Assembly: GCF_964355755.1 (NCBI RefSeq)
Contig: NC_092680.1
Location: 16,315,045 to 16,379,044 of the forward strand
DNA: 64,000 nucleotides
Direction of reading: 5' to 3'
DNA from: Antedon mediterranea
Taxonomy: Eukaryota; Animalia; Echinodermata
Part shown: in pieces, positions 1-12,179 of the stretch
How positions within the stretch are numbered: the first letter of the stretch is position 1
Layout: each line of letters starts with the position of its first letter
The notes under the pieces: model-generated
Told to the model about the DNA's origin: nothing
What the model saw: the letters and a program-made list of their open reading frames with translations, nothing else
Database searches by the model: none
Program-made: the position numbers and the translations under genes

Positions 1-77
1 TTAGACGCACCTTCAAAATGTGAAGTATGCCACTGTTACAAAAGTGAAGTTCCGAAATAATATATTATTATTATTAT

Positions 78-620
78 TGAGCTTGTCCTTTGATTGTTGA
101 GTTTGTCCGTTGATTGTTCGACTTGTCCTTTGATTGTGCGACTTTTCCTTTGATTGTTCGACTTGTCCTTTGATTGTTCGACTTGTCCTTTGATTGTGCG
201 ACTTGTCCTTTGAATGATGAGCTTGTCTTTTGATTGTTCGACTTGTCCCTTGATTGTTCGACTTGTCCTTTGATTATTCGACTTGTCCTTTGATTGTTCG
301 ACTTGTCCTTTGATTGTTCGACTTGTCCTTTGATTGTGCGACTTTTCCTTTGATTGTTCGACTTGTCTTTTGATTGTTCGACTTGTCCCTTGATTGTTCG
401 ACTTGTCCTTTGATTATTCGACTTGTCCTTTGATTGTTCGACTTGTCCTTTGATTGTTCGACGACTTGTCCTTTGATTGTTCGACTTTTCCTTTGATTGT
501 TCGACGACTTGTCCCTTGATTGTTCGACTTGTCCTTCGATTGTTCGACTTGTTCTTTGATTGTTCGACTTGTCATTTGATTGTTCGACTTGTTCTTTGAT
601 TGTTCGACTTGTCATTTGAT
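78..620. repeat. 20-bp minisatellite (CGACTTGTCCTTTGATTGTT)n, about 27 units
   Basis: Directly visible tandem units. A second array of the same unit lies at about 44120-44365. Confidence 0.95.
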
Positions 621-636
621 TTCCCAAATTGTCCAT

Positions 637-1070
637 TGTTTTTTCCTTATTCTTTGTTTTTTAACTTAACTATTATTAGAATATGTTTTAGTTCTTTGTT
701 TTCTATATTTGTTTTCGTTGATTTTTATTTTCCTTTGTAGTTCTTTAGTATGTTCGTTGATTTTTGAAAATGATCGTTGTTTTTTAGTTTGTTCGTTGAT
801 TTTTTTAAAACGTTAGTTGTTTTTTACATAATTCTTTGTTTTACTATTATGGCCCTAATGGCCGTCCATAGATATGTCAAAAAACTAAGGAACGTTTTCA
901 AAAATCAACGAACAAACTAAAAAAACAATGAAACGTTTTAAAGAATCAACGAACATAAACTCAAAAAACTACAAAGGAAAATAAAAATCCAGGAACAAAA
1001 TATAGAAAACGAAGAACTAAAACATATTCTAATAATAGTCAAGTTAAACAACAAAGAATAAGCAAAAAAC
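637..1070. repeat. Imperfect inverted repeat (foldback) with arms of about 190 bp, 637-830 and 873-1070
   Basis: GTTTTTTCCTTATTCTTTG...TTTTTACATA is the approximate reverse complement of TATGTCAAAAAAC...CAAAGAATAAGCAAAAAAC. The same family occurs at 39915-39955, 43870-43935 and 44365-44545. Confidence 0.8.
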
Positions 1071-1139
1071 ATTTTTGTTCAAGTATTTCTGTTTATTAAA
1101 CAACATTTTTTCATTCATTTTTATAGATACTAAACTTAC

Positions 1140-1195
1140 CAGGCATAGTTTCATCAAGTATTCGCTTGGTCATTTTAGATTTGTATCCAAATGAT
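1140..1195 (-). other. Candidate first coding exon of a minus-strand gene (MTKRILDETMP, phase-1 donor)
   Basis: Minus strand reads tttcag|ATCATTTGG...ATGACC...ATGCCTG|gtaagt with canonical acceptor and donor. Near-identical copies at 38269-38324 and 44611-44666. No downstream exon is visible in the window. Confidence 0.4.
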
Positions 1196-1604
1196 CTGAA
1201 AGAGAAGATTTCTTAGGCACAAAACAGTGCTATTTCTATTTAGGAATTGTGCTCAAGAGTGATTGTATTTTTATTTTTTATGAGGCAATCTATTGAAATA
1301 AAGTTCCTATTTTTGTATTTTTAAAACTATTTATTGAACTTTGTAAACACAAGTTATACAATTTAGTTAGTTTACAAACAATTGAGACTGATAGAAAGAT
1401 ATTCCCCATCAGCCTAAGATGTTTTGTCTTAATGAATTTCCAGGCTTGAAACTAATGGAATAGAAAATATATTTTAAATTACAAAAGATGTACTGTATTG
1501 TACACCAAAAACATACAAATGAAGATTATTAAAATCAGACTTTGAATAGGCCATTTTGCAGTTTAAATAAAGTTATTCAATTCCGTAGTTAAAAATCCAC
1601 AAAT

Positions 1605-2200
1605 ACTAGAGGGTACTCCGAGAGTACAAACCTCCGCCTACTGTAAAATTCCCCAACATAAAATGCCCCCTGAATATTTTTTTTTTTACATTTTTTTTTA
1701 TTAGTTCTAAGTGTAAATATGTTAACTGCACACTACAAAGTTGTGGATGACAGTGTGTAATGGTTATGTGTCCAGCCTCTCACAGTTGAGATCGCTGGTT
1801 CAAGTCACACTGAGGGTTTTTTTTTTAATTATTTTTTTATTTATTTATTTTTTTTTTGTGGACATTGATCTTCCTTTAAAATTTAACCACAATTATATGA
1901 TGTGTCATTGATTATTGTGGCTAAGTTTGGTGAGAATCGGATCAAAACTGTGGTCTCTAGGCAGTAAAATAGTTTTTTGTTAGTTGTGACCTTGACCTAT
2001 GACCTTTCCCCCTCAAAGTCGAACTCGTCCGAGCTTTTTGGGCATAGATCATTGTGTCCAAATTTGGTTAGAATCGGATAAAAACTGTGGCCTCCAGGCT
2101 GTTCACAGACACACACACAGACATCCACACACACCCCCACACACACAAACACACACACAAATATACAGGGGTGAAAACATAACCTCCTTGGCGGAGGTAA
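1605..2200. mobile_element. Non-autonomous Helentron-associated (HINE/DINE-like) element, family B
   Basis: Absent from the paralogous site near 38710, with no TSD. Subterminal inverted motif ACCTCCGCC / GGCGGAGGT, terminal hairpin ACCTCC-TTGGC-GGAGGT, and a (CA)n tract near the end. Confidence 0.75.
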
Positions 2201-2929
2201 TAATGATTTCACGTATAACCCAAAATAAATGGTTCATTGTCTTTTCGGATCCAATTTCTGGAAAGAAATAAGATAAAGTAATTTTCAAGGGATAGGATAG
2301 GCAATTATCTAATAACTTCAGATTCTACAAACTTTTATTTTATTTACTCTCTATTTTTAAAACATATAATAGTAAATAGTGATATAATTAATATACAACT
2401 GATGAACAATGGACTATTTTAAGAACTTTACTAAGATATAAAATAGATAACTATTATTAAGTAATGAATCACCTTTTACTATGAGAATAAATATAATTGT
2501 TAATTGAAAACCCATTGACATTTTTTCTTTCTCCAAAACCGGACGTTGAGCTAATTTATATTTATTTTAATATCTTTGAAATGTCTAGCCAGTTTGGATT
2601 GACGTATTATTATGCATTTATGTTCGACTACGCGGCCAATTTCCTACCAATTTATAGATGACGCAATATTGTGTCTCTACATCTATCCTAGATTATAAAT
2701 TGTGAGTGGGTAAATTCTTGTCATTTTATTGGAGCAGTGGTTCTTGAAATAGAGGTGGGGTGTGGGGAGGAAATTGAAATTAGTGTCCTTTCTTTTGCAA
2801 TACATTTAGCAAAATTTAGAGGAATAATTACCATTGAACTCAGGTGCGGACCTAGGGGTGTTGTCCACATATAGAAGGATCGGCCCTTGGGTTAATTGGG
2901 GAAAATCCATTACCGATCATCTATTAAAC

Positions 2930-3317
2930 TGAATACAAATGTATATCTTAGAACAATTTGCTCCTAGTTTGAATTCTTTCCGACCTTCTTCCGTTACTAG
3001 CGGAAGAGGTCAAAGGTCAAAATTGCTAAAAATAGGGTTTACGGTCAATTTTACAAAACAATTTCTCTTAGAGCTAATATAAATATATACATTGTGAACA
3101 ATTTGACACCAAAATTATCTCACTACGTCCAGTATTTCCAGAAATATATCATGTTTTATGACAATAGTGGCAATTTTGTTTATGCTAATTATGCAAATTG
3201 CTCAATGCTGACAGCCGTCCAGTAAAAACATTATTCTTTCTGATGATATCAAGAATCAAAATACATAAAAAAACTATAGAAAACATTGCAAGGTTAAACC
3301 TCTTGGCTGCCTGACTA
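2930..3317. mobile_element. Probable right-end fragment of an Academ-like DNA transposon
   Basis: Ends in GGCTGCCTGACTA, a TAG-type terminus resembling Academ TIRs from memory. Duplicated at about 39420-39800. Left boundary approximate. Confidence 0.35.
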
Positions 3318-3459
3318 GGAGATGTATCTCTCCCCTAATGAGAGTAATTGATTGAAATCTATATTTATTGGTACTTAAAATAACTATTTTACCATTGATA
3401 ATCCATCGTATATTATGAAGTTTGCAGTATTTATACAATAGAAAGGAGGCCAACACACA

Positions 3460-3965
3460 TTGTGTTCAGAAAAAACCCGTCATATGTGTCGTCGATTTGT
3501 TCATAATTATTGATTTTTTTTCCGTAATTTTTTCACAAACCATAATTTTACGTATAGTTTTATATTTCCGTGTAGTACCCTATTTATCTTCATTTCCGTA
3601 TACGTCCATAATATAGTAGCAGAGCAAATTTTGCTTCTTTCTGCAAATTTGCTATCATTATTTTCTTTGTTTTATATTTATTATTTATTGTAGTTTAGGA
3701 TAAACAAAAATGAATTTTTGGAAATTGTGGTTTTTTAATTAACTGCTGACTTATTTAGCATTTATTTCAAAATAATACAATTTAACGTTTTACCCCCTCA
3801 ATATTTATAGCAGCAGCTTCATATTTTGTTTTCTAACTTTTTTATAACATTATTTGATAATAATAATTAATTTACATTAATTAATAGTTATTAGAATTTT
3901 TTACCGTACCAGAAGTACCTTCATCATTCGCATTGAACGCAAAAAATGTTATCGTATTTTTATTC
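3460..3965. repeat. Interspersed repeat (unclassified DNA element)
   Basis: A diverged inverted copy lies at about 9600-10120, e.g. GTGTAGTACCCTATTTATCT vs AGATAAATAGGGTACTACAC. Confidence 0.6.
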
Positions 3966-4766
3966 GCGTGTTTAAACATTATACTACAAGTTACAATAAT
4001 AATTATTATTAGTAAGAAAACGTGTAATAACATGGTAGTATTTCAAACAAGCTACCCTCTCGGATTAATAATGGAACGATCCATTTGAAATATATCTGAG
4101 ATCTGAGTTTTCTAGACACCCAAAACGATTATCCAGATACAATTCTATCTACAGAATATTTATGACCCCTATCTGAATGTTTGGATGACGAAAGAGCCAT
4201 TCCGGATGGTTTAATTTACAAGAAACAAAATTACCCATTTTGCTAAATTGTATTATAATTAAATTGCATAATTTCTATAATTCGACTCGTCAATTAAAGG
4301 ATTAAGTATTTAATAGTTTATCGTGCTTATAAATAAAGTCTTATTTGAGGCTTAAGGAGTGATCAAGTTGAAAGAGTCGGTCGATTTACTTTTTAACCAG
4401 CAGATTTAAACAGGCTGCGATTGTATTTGCATGGGTCGTATGTTGCATAATTTCTGACTGTAGGCCTATTTCCTAAATTCAAATGAACCAACCCCTAAAC
4501 TCTAAATCATTTTTACGCTGCAGCATAAAGAACAAACTATATTGAAATGCTTTTTACTCAATATACAAAATAAAAATATTGTCAGAACTAAATCATAAAC
4601 CAATCTGTAAAAGCAAATGGGTCATATTTAATTTAATTTAAACAGAAGCATTACTACCGATGGTTTGTTCAAATTCAACACTGTAACTAATTCCTTACTA
4701 TTCAATTAAAACGATATTATAAAATAATCGTTATTTTACTATTACTATTACGGTTGAGATATAATT

Positions 4767-5501
4767 AAACAAGGCCAACAGCCATTAAGTCGAGTTCTAC
4801 AATGCATAGTGATACCGGACCGACAGACAAACAGACCGACAGACAGACAGACCGACAGACAGACCGACCGACCGACATAGTGAACTATACTGACCGAAAT
4901 TACTGAACATGTTTAAAAATGTTGAAATGTTTAAAAACATTTATATTTTTTTAATTTACACGTGCGTAGCCTGTCACTTTTGACGTGCTCGTATAACGTA
5001 ATTTCGAGTTGAAAAGTAAGTCAAGAAAACAGAAATCGGGCAAGAAGAATGCGCAATAACATTTAACGCGCAGTGCGCGCGCAAAAATCTGCGCACTCAT
5101 GGCAATTTTGTAAACGCTTAAAATTGCCTGAAACGTACTCTTATTTCATCGAAAATAAATTTTGAAAATTTTAAGCGCGCTTACGCATGCGTTACATGCG
5201 CTATGCACGTAATTGTATTGCCATTTGATGATTTATGCCCTGAAATTTATGAGTACCAAATTTTATTTAATTGTGATTCATGGTTGTTAAGATATGATTA
5301 CAAACGTGATTTCGTTAAATCGTGCGTAGACCGCGTAATTTTTTATTGCGCACCGTGAAAACATAACCACATCGATTCCTGGCCATAAGGAATATTCTGT
5401 GAAAAATTAACTTAGCTAGATTAAACTGATATCAAGATAAGGTCATAAAGCGATAAAACGCATAGTGATACCGGACCGACAGACAGACCGACAGACAGAC
5501 C

Positions 5502-5532
<31 letters not shown>

Positions 5533-5574
5533 CGACCGACATAGTGAACTATAGAGTCGCTTCCACGCGACTAA
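4767..5574. mobile_element. HINE/DINE-like element, family A, copy 1
   Basis: Near-identical to 6155-6951 and 30339-33501. Two (GACA/GACC)n blocks, 3' hairpin AGTCGC-TTCCAC-GCGACT, subterminal AGTCG(C)GTG/CACGCGACT, A-rich ends, no TSD. Confidence 0.85.
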
Positions 5575-6154
5575 TGTATTTTATATTATTATACTATTAT
5601 ATTGTTGAAAAATGGAATGTATTAACAAAGATACGTTCTAGTCTGATTATTAGGTACCATGCACTAATGAAGCGGAGAATTTTTCTGTAGCGTTCCATTT
5701 AAAATTAATTTGTTTACAAAGTAATATTTTGCTGTGAAGGTCGTTAAATTCATTGGCGCCAGCAGTATTTCTTTTACTAATTTTCACAAAAAATCTAGCA
5801 ACAAAACATTTTAACAATGATAACATGCCCTGCAACTCTGTAACCTGCTTTCCCACTGTCGGTTTTTTTCTTCAGTCTTCCAAATGGACACTGTATTGAT
5901 TGATGGAAAGTGCCTGTTTTCAGTTTCCTTTGGGGTTAAACCTATTATTTTAACTGCTCCCTTGTGTATAAAAAAAAAAAATAATCACTGAAAAGTTCTA
6001 TTGGATGTCTTATTACTGAAACGGACACCGTTTTTTACACCACTAGCCAATCTGATGGGCAGAATTTTGGGTTCGTAGGGATCAACATCTGAATATTAGC
6101 AGAGAGATATATTGAATGGAATACAAAGATTGTAAAGTAAATTAAAATAATAAT

Positions 6155-6951
6155 AAACAAGGCCAACAGCCATTAAGTCGCGTGCTACAATGCATAGTGA
6201 TACCGGACCGACAGACAGACCGACAGACAGACCGACAGACAGACAGACCGACCGACCGACATAGTGAACTATACTGACCGAAATTACTGAACATGTTTAA
6301 AAATGTTGAAATGTTTAAAAACATTTATATTTTTTTTAATTTACACGTGCGTAGCCTGTCACTTTTGACGTGCTCGTATAACGTAATTTCGAGTTGAAAA
6401 GTAAGTCAAGAAAACAGAAATCGGGCAAAAAGAGTGCGCAATAACATTTAACGCGCAGTGCGCGCGCAAAAATATGCGCACTCATGGCAATTTTGTAAAC
6501 GCTTAAAATTGCCTGAAACGTACTCTTATTTCATCGAAAATACATTTTGAAAATTTTAAGCGCGCGTACGCATGCGTTACATGCGCTACGCATGTAATTG
6601 TATTGCCATATGATGATTTATGCCCTGAAATTTATGAGTACCAAATTTTATTTAATTGTGATTCATGGTTGTGAAGATATGATTACAAACGTGATTTTGT
6701 TAAATCGTGCGTAGACCGCGTAATTTTTTATTGCGCACCGTGAAAACATAACCACATTGATTCCTGGCCATAAGGAATATACCGTGAAAAATTGACCTAG
6801 CTAGATTAAACTGATATCAAGATAAGGTCAGAAAGCGATAAAACGCATAGTGATACCGGACCGACAGACCGACAGACAGACAGACCGACAGACAGACAGA
6901 CCGACCAACCGACCGACATAGTGAACTATAGAGTCGCTTCCACGCGACTAA
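6155..6951. mobile_element. HINE/DINE-like element, family A, copy 2
   Basis: Same structure as copy 1. Absent from the inverted paralogous segment at about 41050-41200. Confidence 0.85.
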
Positions 6952-7005
6952 AAATAAAATTGGTCCACTGTAAACCAATATTAATTATAAATCCAGAACT
7001 TATAG

Positions 7006-7305
7006 CAAAGAACTTATAACACAAGAATCTCCTGTTCTTCAATTTGCATTCAAAACACAGTATCGGAAGTACAGGGTTAAAAGGTCAAACTGGGCGACGC
7101 CATTTCACAGCATGGAGCAGCGCCCCCTCCAAACTAGAAAGTCAATTACTCTACCCCCTAGAGTATTAGCAGATCCCCTCTATGATTTTGACTTTCTAAT
7201 TTGATGCGGGCGCCATACTCCATGGCTCACAATGGCGCCACCCATTAGCTCTATTCTATCCCACAATGCCTTTCGAAATGAGATTCTTGTGTTATAAGTT
7301 CTTTG
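7006..7305. mobile_element. MITE with 26-bp TIRs and 7-bp TSD (P-superfamily-like)
   Basis: TIR CAAAGAACTTATAACACAAGAATCTC and its reverse complement; CTTATAG flanks both ends. CA...TG ends with a 7-bp TSD suggest the P superfamily. Confidence 0.85.
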
Positions 7306-8048
7306 CTTATAGATAGTAAACAGGTTTTTTGTTTGTTACTGTTAATCATTGGGCTGTTAGTGACCTACATGGGGTACTGTACAGTACAACCACAGTGAAA
7401 GTTAACAATGTTGGTTTGTAGATCAGTGAATACTTGCTTTTAGCACAGTTAAGTTAAAATTAAAAGTCTAGATATACAGGTCAGAATGACAAAACTAAAA
7501 TTGTCTACAGAATTGATTGATTATCATCGAAAAGAAGTGTTATGGAATAATACGTAGCCACACCTTGTTTCTTTTACAGTCGTTTTTCTTCTGCTTGCTT
7601 TTATTTAGTTCTCTTACCAACCATTATACAAAATAATCAAAACTTTCAAAAGTAACGCTACATCCATTTTAATTTTAATTAACAATACACGTACAATATC
7701 ACACTTGAATTCTGAATGATAAATGAACAGCAGAGCAGAGAAAGTATTTCAACACAAGGGTTGATATACAATTGAATATTGCTTTGATCAGGGAGTTGTA
7801 AAAAAAGATAAATAATTATTTTACAACTCCCTGCTTTGATCAACACTAATGTACAGTTTTTGGCAAATCCTTGAATACCTATTAGACTAGTCCAGATAGT
7901 CATATTTCCACTCTAATAAGATGCTGGAGGCATTTCGTGTTAAAAGCGAAAAAATATGTGTTTTAGGGTAATTTTGGGGTGCTAAATTCAAATCTGCTGT
8001 TTACCCGGCTCAATTTTTAGATCTTCACCCTTAAAATGTGAAAACAAA

Positions 8049-8640
8049 ATGGCCGCCATTTCAGACTTATTTTGGCTTATAACTTGACTTTTAAGTGACG
8101 TAGCAAGTTAAAAATGGTATCTATACCCATATTTGTGATACTGAGGATTCCAAATATATTGTTATTAAAGTTGTAAATATTCTATTTCAGCCGCCATGTT
8201 GAAATCCGATATGGCCGCCATTTTAAACGTATTTTGGCTTATAACTTGACTTCTAAGTGACGTAGCAAGTTAAAAATGGTGTCTATACCTATGTTTGTGA
8301 TTATGAAGATTCCAAATATATTGTTATTAAAGTTGTAAATATTCTATTTCAGCCGCCATGTTGAAATCCGATATGGCCGCCATTTTAAACGTATTTTGGC
8401 TTATAACTTGACTTCTAAGTGACGTAGCAAGTTAAAAATGGTGTCTATACCTATGTTTGTGATTATGAAGATTCCAAATATACTGTTATTAAAGTTGTAA
8501 ATATTCTATTTCAGCCGCCATGTTTGAAATCCAAGATGGCCGCCATTTTAAACATATTTTGCCTTATTAACTAATTGACTTTTAAGTAACATAGTAGGTT
8601 AAAAATGATGTCTTTACCTATGTTTGTGATACTGAGGATT
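8049..8640. repeat. 162-bp subterminal tandem repeat of the Academ-like element
   Basis: GGCCGCCATT recurs at 8051, 8213, 8375 and 8538. A further partial unit lies at about 8960-9075 after an insertion. Confidence 0.9.
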
Positions 8641-8681
8641 CTAAACAATAAAAATGACGAAACCTGTGAGAATGAGAGAAA

Positions 8682-8754
8682 GCCCCTAACTGAGATTCGA
8701 ACCCGGAACCTTCTGCTTGATATGCAGATGTTCTAACCATTAGACCACCGGGGC
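8682..8754 (-). pseudogene. tRNA-like sequence (anticodon loop ATATCAA), diverged copy
   Basis: A box TGGTCTAATGG, B box GGTTCGAATC, anticodon stem TCTGC/GCAGA. Related to 11744-11815. Confidence 0.55.
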
Positions 8755-11743
8755 TTTCATTGTATTGTTCCAATTCGATTGGACAGACTCTCGGTGGGGT
8801 ATGGCTGAATGTATCTGTACATAGCTGTGCCTACTGTATACTGGTGGATGTATATATTGCTGCTACTAAATTTGTCGAGTAATTTTACGTATCTCCTCCG
8901 AAACCGCTGAATGGTACGTGCTCACATTTGGTACACTTATGTTTCTTTTTATCAATAAAATATTCTATTTCATCCACCATGTTGAAATCCAAGATGGCCG
9001 CCATCATTTTAAACGTATTTTGGCTTATAACTTGACTTTTAATTAACATAGCAAGTTAAAAATGGTTTTTATACCATAGTCCAGTAAAAGTATGGTTGCA
9101 CCTAGAACAATTAATTGCAACAGAATTTCTTTTGTTTTGTCTGGTTGATATGGTCCAAATTAACATCATATCCAAAGTTTACCAAAATCGGACATCGGGA
9201 AGTGGGTTCATTAACATAAATTAAAAAGGCCGCCATTTACCATTTTGAAGTCTTGTATATTATCTCCTTAACGGTTTAACTTATAGACCGCCTACTGTAA
9301 GTGCATTACAAGTAGTTATAAATGTATAGTTTACATTAGGCCTATAGCATTCGATTATTTTTTTCTAGACCACCAGCCGATACGTAGGCCTACTCAACTG
9401 TATTAATACCACCTATTTACATTGATATATTTAGTTTCCTCAACAAATTGCTGTAAATAAATATAGATAGAGCTATCAGGAGCGGTCGCAAGACTATTTT
9501 AAGAGGGTTTCCCAAAGACTCCAGGGCTGTAAACACTGAGTATTTGAGCAAGCAAATTGTTAAATGACACCCCTTATAGATGGCCGCAAATGGTACTCTC
9601 GCACGTAAAATTCATGATAAATTTGTTTTCGTTCAATGCGATGTCACGGGGAAGTCCCCGATGAAGGTACTTTTGGTACGGTAATACATTCTAATAACTG
9701 TACTCAATTAATGTAAATTAATTATCAATTAATAATTTTAAAAAGTTATACAAAAAATATGAAGCTGTTGCTATAAATATATTGAGCGAAAGGTTAAATT
9801 GTATAATTTGGAATTTTAATTCATTTAAAAATGCTAAATAAAGTCAGATGTTAAAACCACAATTTCCAAAAATTCATTTTTATTTATCCACTATAAACTT
9901 GACAAAAGTTTTGTTTTAAACCACACTCCAAATAAAACAAAGCAAATAATGATAGGACATTTGCAGAAAGAAGCAACCTTTGCTCTGCTACCGGTATAAC
10001 ACGGTTCAAATTTCGGAACGTCTATAAATTACTACGGAAATTCGGCCTAATATTTACGAACGTACGAAAATTAAGATAAATAGGGTACTACACGCATCGG
10101 AAATACAAAACTATACGCACAATTATGATTTGGCCTAAAAATTGGCCTTAGATTATGGAAAACCCCAGGCAAAACGCAATAATTATGGACAAATCGATTA
10201 TTAGCCTTGGCAATATGCCTAATATTTAAAAGGAATGAATATAAGCTATATTTCGTTTGTCGATGAATTTTTGAATTCATGTGTGAATGATTGATCCATT
10301 AGAGGTAATCTGTGATGGCTCTAGTAACACTGCTATGCGTGGGTACTTTGTGACTAACTTAGTATGCTACATACACGAGCCTAGATAGGGAAGATCTGTA
10401 CTGTCGTTCATTGCGAGAGGAGGGGGAAGTCTGGTAATGTGTCATGAAAATTGTAACAAGCCAGAGATGAAATAAAATCACTAACATTTAGCTGATTGTC
10501 GTTGTTTTAGTCGTCGTCAGAAGTTTATCGACCGACATCTATTTCTCATGTGTAGTAGAGCGTTTCTTTGATTGAATACTGTTGTTTGTATTATAACACA
10601 AGTTCATTTTGGATTTTCAGTAAATTACCAATGGTTTATTCAAATTCGTGTTTAATTTCCCGATTGATCGTAATCAAAACGGTACTGGGTATGGTCTACT
10701 AGTTTTTCTGCTCCCAACCAGTACATCCATTCATAGAAGCTTTGATGAAGTAAGCCTACCTGGTGGTAACCATAGAACGGTTCCGAGATAACGACTATAC
10801 CTCGGCTTTAGTCGACAGAAGTTTGAAAAAATTGTTAGAGATAGAGTATACGATGTTTGATTATGTACGTGTAGATGTGTGATTTGTTCTTTTATTCAAA
10901 TGATGTTATTTATTTAATTAATAAACTTTTTTATACCAATTAATTGAATTATCGTAGATTGTATATTATGCGATAAATATTATTTAATAATTTTTTGATA
11001 TATTATTGTTATTATTATTATATTAAGATATTTGTTAGTATAAATTAAAAAATATAGATATAAGGAAGAAAAGCAAAGAGATTATGGAGCGGCTGCACCA
11101 GAATATACAACACTAAGTATTGTAAAGTTATAATACTAAAAAAATTAGGCGATCTTGTCAAAGGTCAAGCGCCTTCAGCCTGCCACGTTTCGATATTCAA
11201 TATTGAACTTGACCTGACGTGGTTCCACAATATCTTATTATGAAAATGGTAGAGTGTAGATAATTAATATTGATAACTATTAAATAAAAATATTTTGTTA
11301 TTAAATATTATAATATGCAAAAAGTCTCGGTCTTACCTTCTTAAAAATAAATTTTGCTTGAGGATTAAAATAGTATTCGTTTCAGTATTGGTTTCAGTAT
11401 TGATATGTTTCTGCGTTTATGGAAAAAATGTTTTTATATAGGTCTATGTTGAGAATATTATATATAGTAATTTTATAAATTCGTTTAATTTAATATGTCA
11501 TATGTAATAATTAATTTGATAAATTCGTTTTATTCTATATGCTAAACAAATAATAAAGTAAAACAGCCAGAAAAGTTAGCAGAGCTTTCGGGCAACACTA
11601 GCCCTTCATCTTCATATATATATATATATATAAAACACAAGAGGCAAAGAACATTAATTCTAAACCGCCCGGTGATATACTGAAATTTAATTAATTAATT
11701 TGAAACGATAAAGATGAGGAAATCTGTGAGAATGAGAAAAAGT

Positions 11744-11815
11744 CACCCCAACCGAGACTCGAACTCGGACCGCCTGCTTGATATGCAGATGTCCTAGCCA
11801 TTAGACCACTGGGGC
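11744..11815 (-). pseudogene. tRNA-derived cloverleaf, nominal anticodon ATC (probably a repeat head or tRNA pseudogene)
   Basis: GCCCCAG/TTGGGGT acceptor, GTCT/GGAC D stem, TCTGC/GCAGG anticodon stem, CCGAG-TTCGAGT-CTCGG T arm, then TTTTT. The 5' half resembles vertebrate tRNA-Arg(CCT) from memory. Confidence 0.6.
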
Positions 11816-12107
11816 TTTCATGGTATTGTTCGAACTCGATTGTATAACGACTCTTTAACATTCTTGGCGTGGTACGGCGGAACAGCACTAGTCCTCAGTT
11901 GTACGCACGCGCAACAGAGATCAAATTGATACGCCCTCATCTTTCAGTATTTTTATTCACGAGGCGGGATCTCCGAAGAGATACTTTTATATATATAAAC
12001 ACAAGAGGCAAAGAACATTAATTCTAAACCACCCGGTGATATACTGAAATTTAATTAATTAATTTGAAACGATAAAGATGAGGAAATCTGTGAGAATGAG
12101 AAAAAGT

Positions 12108-12179
12108 CGCCCCAACCGAGACTCGAACTCGGACCGCCTGCTTGATATGCAGATGTCCTAACCATTAGACCACTGGGGC
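12108..12179 (-). pseudogene. tRNA-derived cloverleaf, second tandem copy
   Basis: Same as 11744-11815 but with a G1-C72 pair. Confidence 0.6.

Noticed and set aside
274-636. 120-aa repetitive ORF (also 44221-44415)
   Set aside because: Translation of the 20-bp minisatellite, with no independent coding evidence.
11744-11815. Functional tRNA-Asp gene
   Set aside because: A32 and A34 are non-canonical and the copies are embedded in repeats, so it is reported as tRNA-derived only.
11885-11905. CTGAGGA box on the minus strand as a retrozyme hammerhead in the 364-bp unit
   Set aside because: No stem II followed by GAAA could be found downstream.
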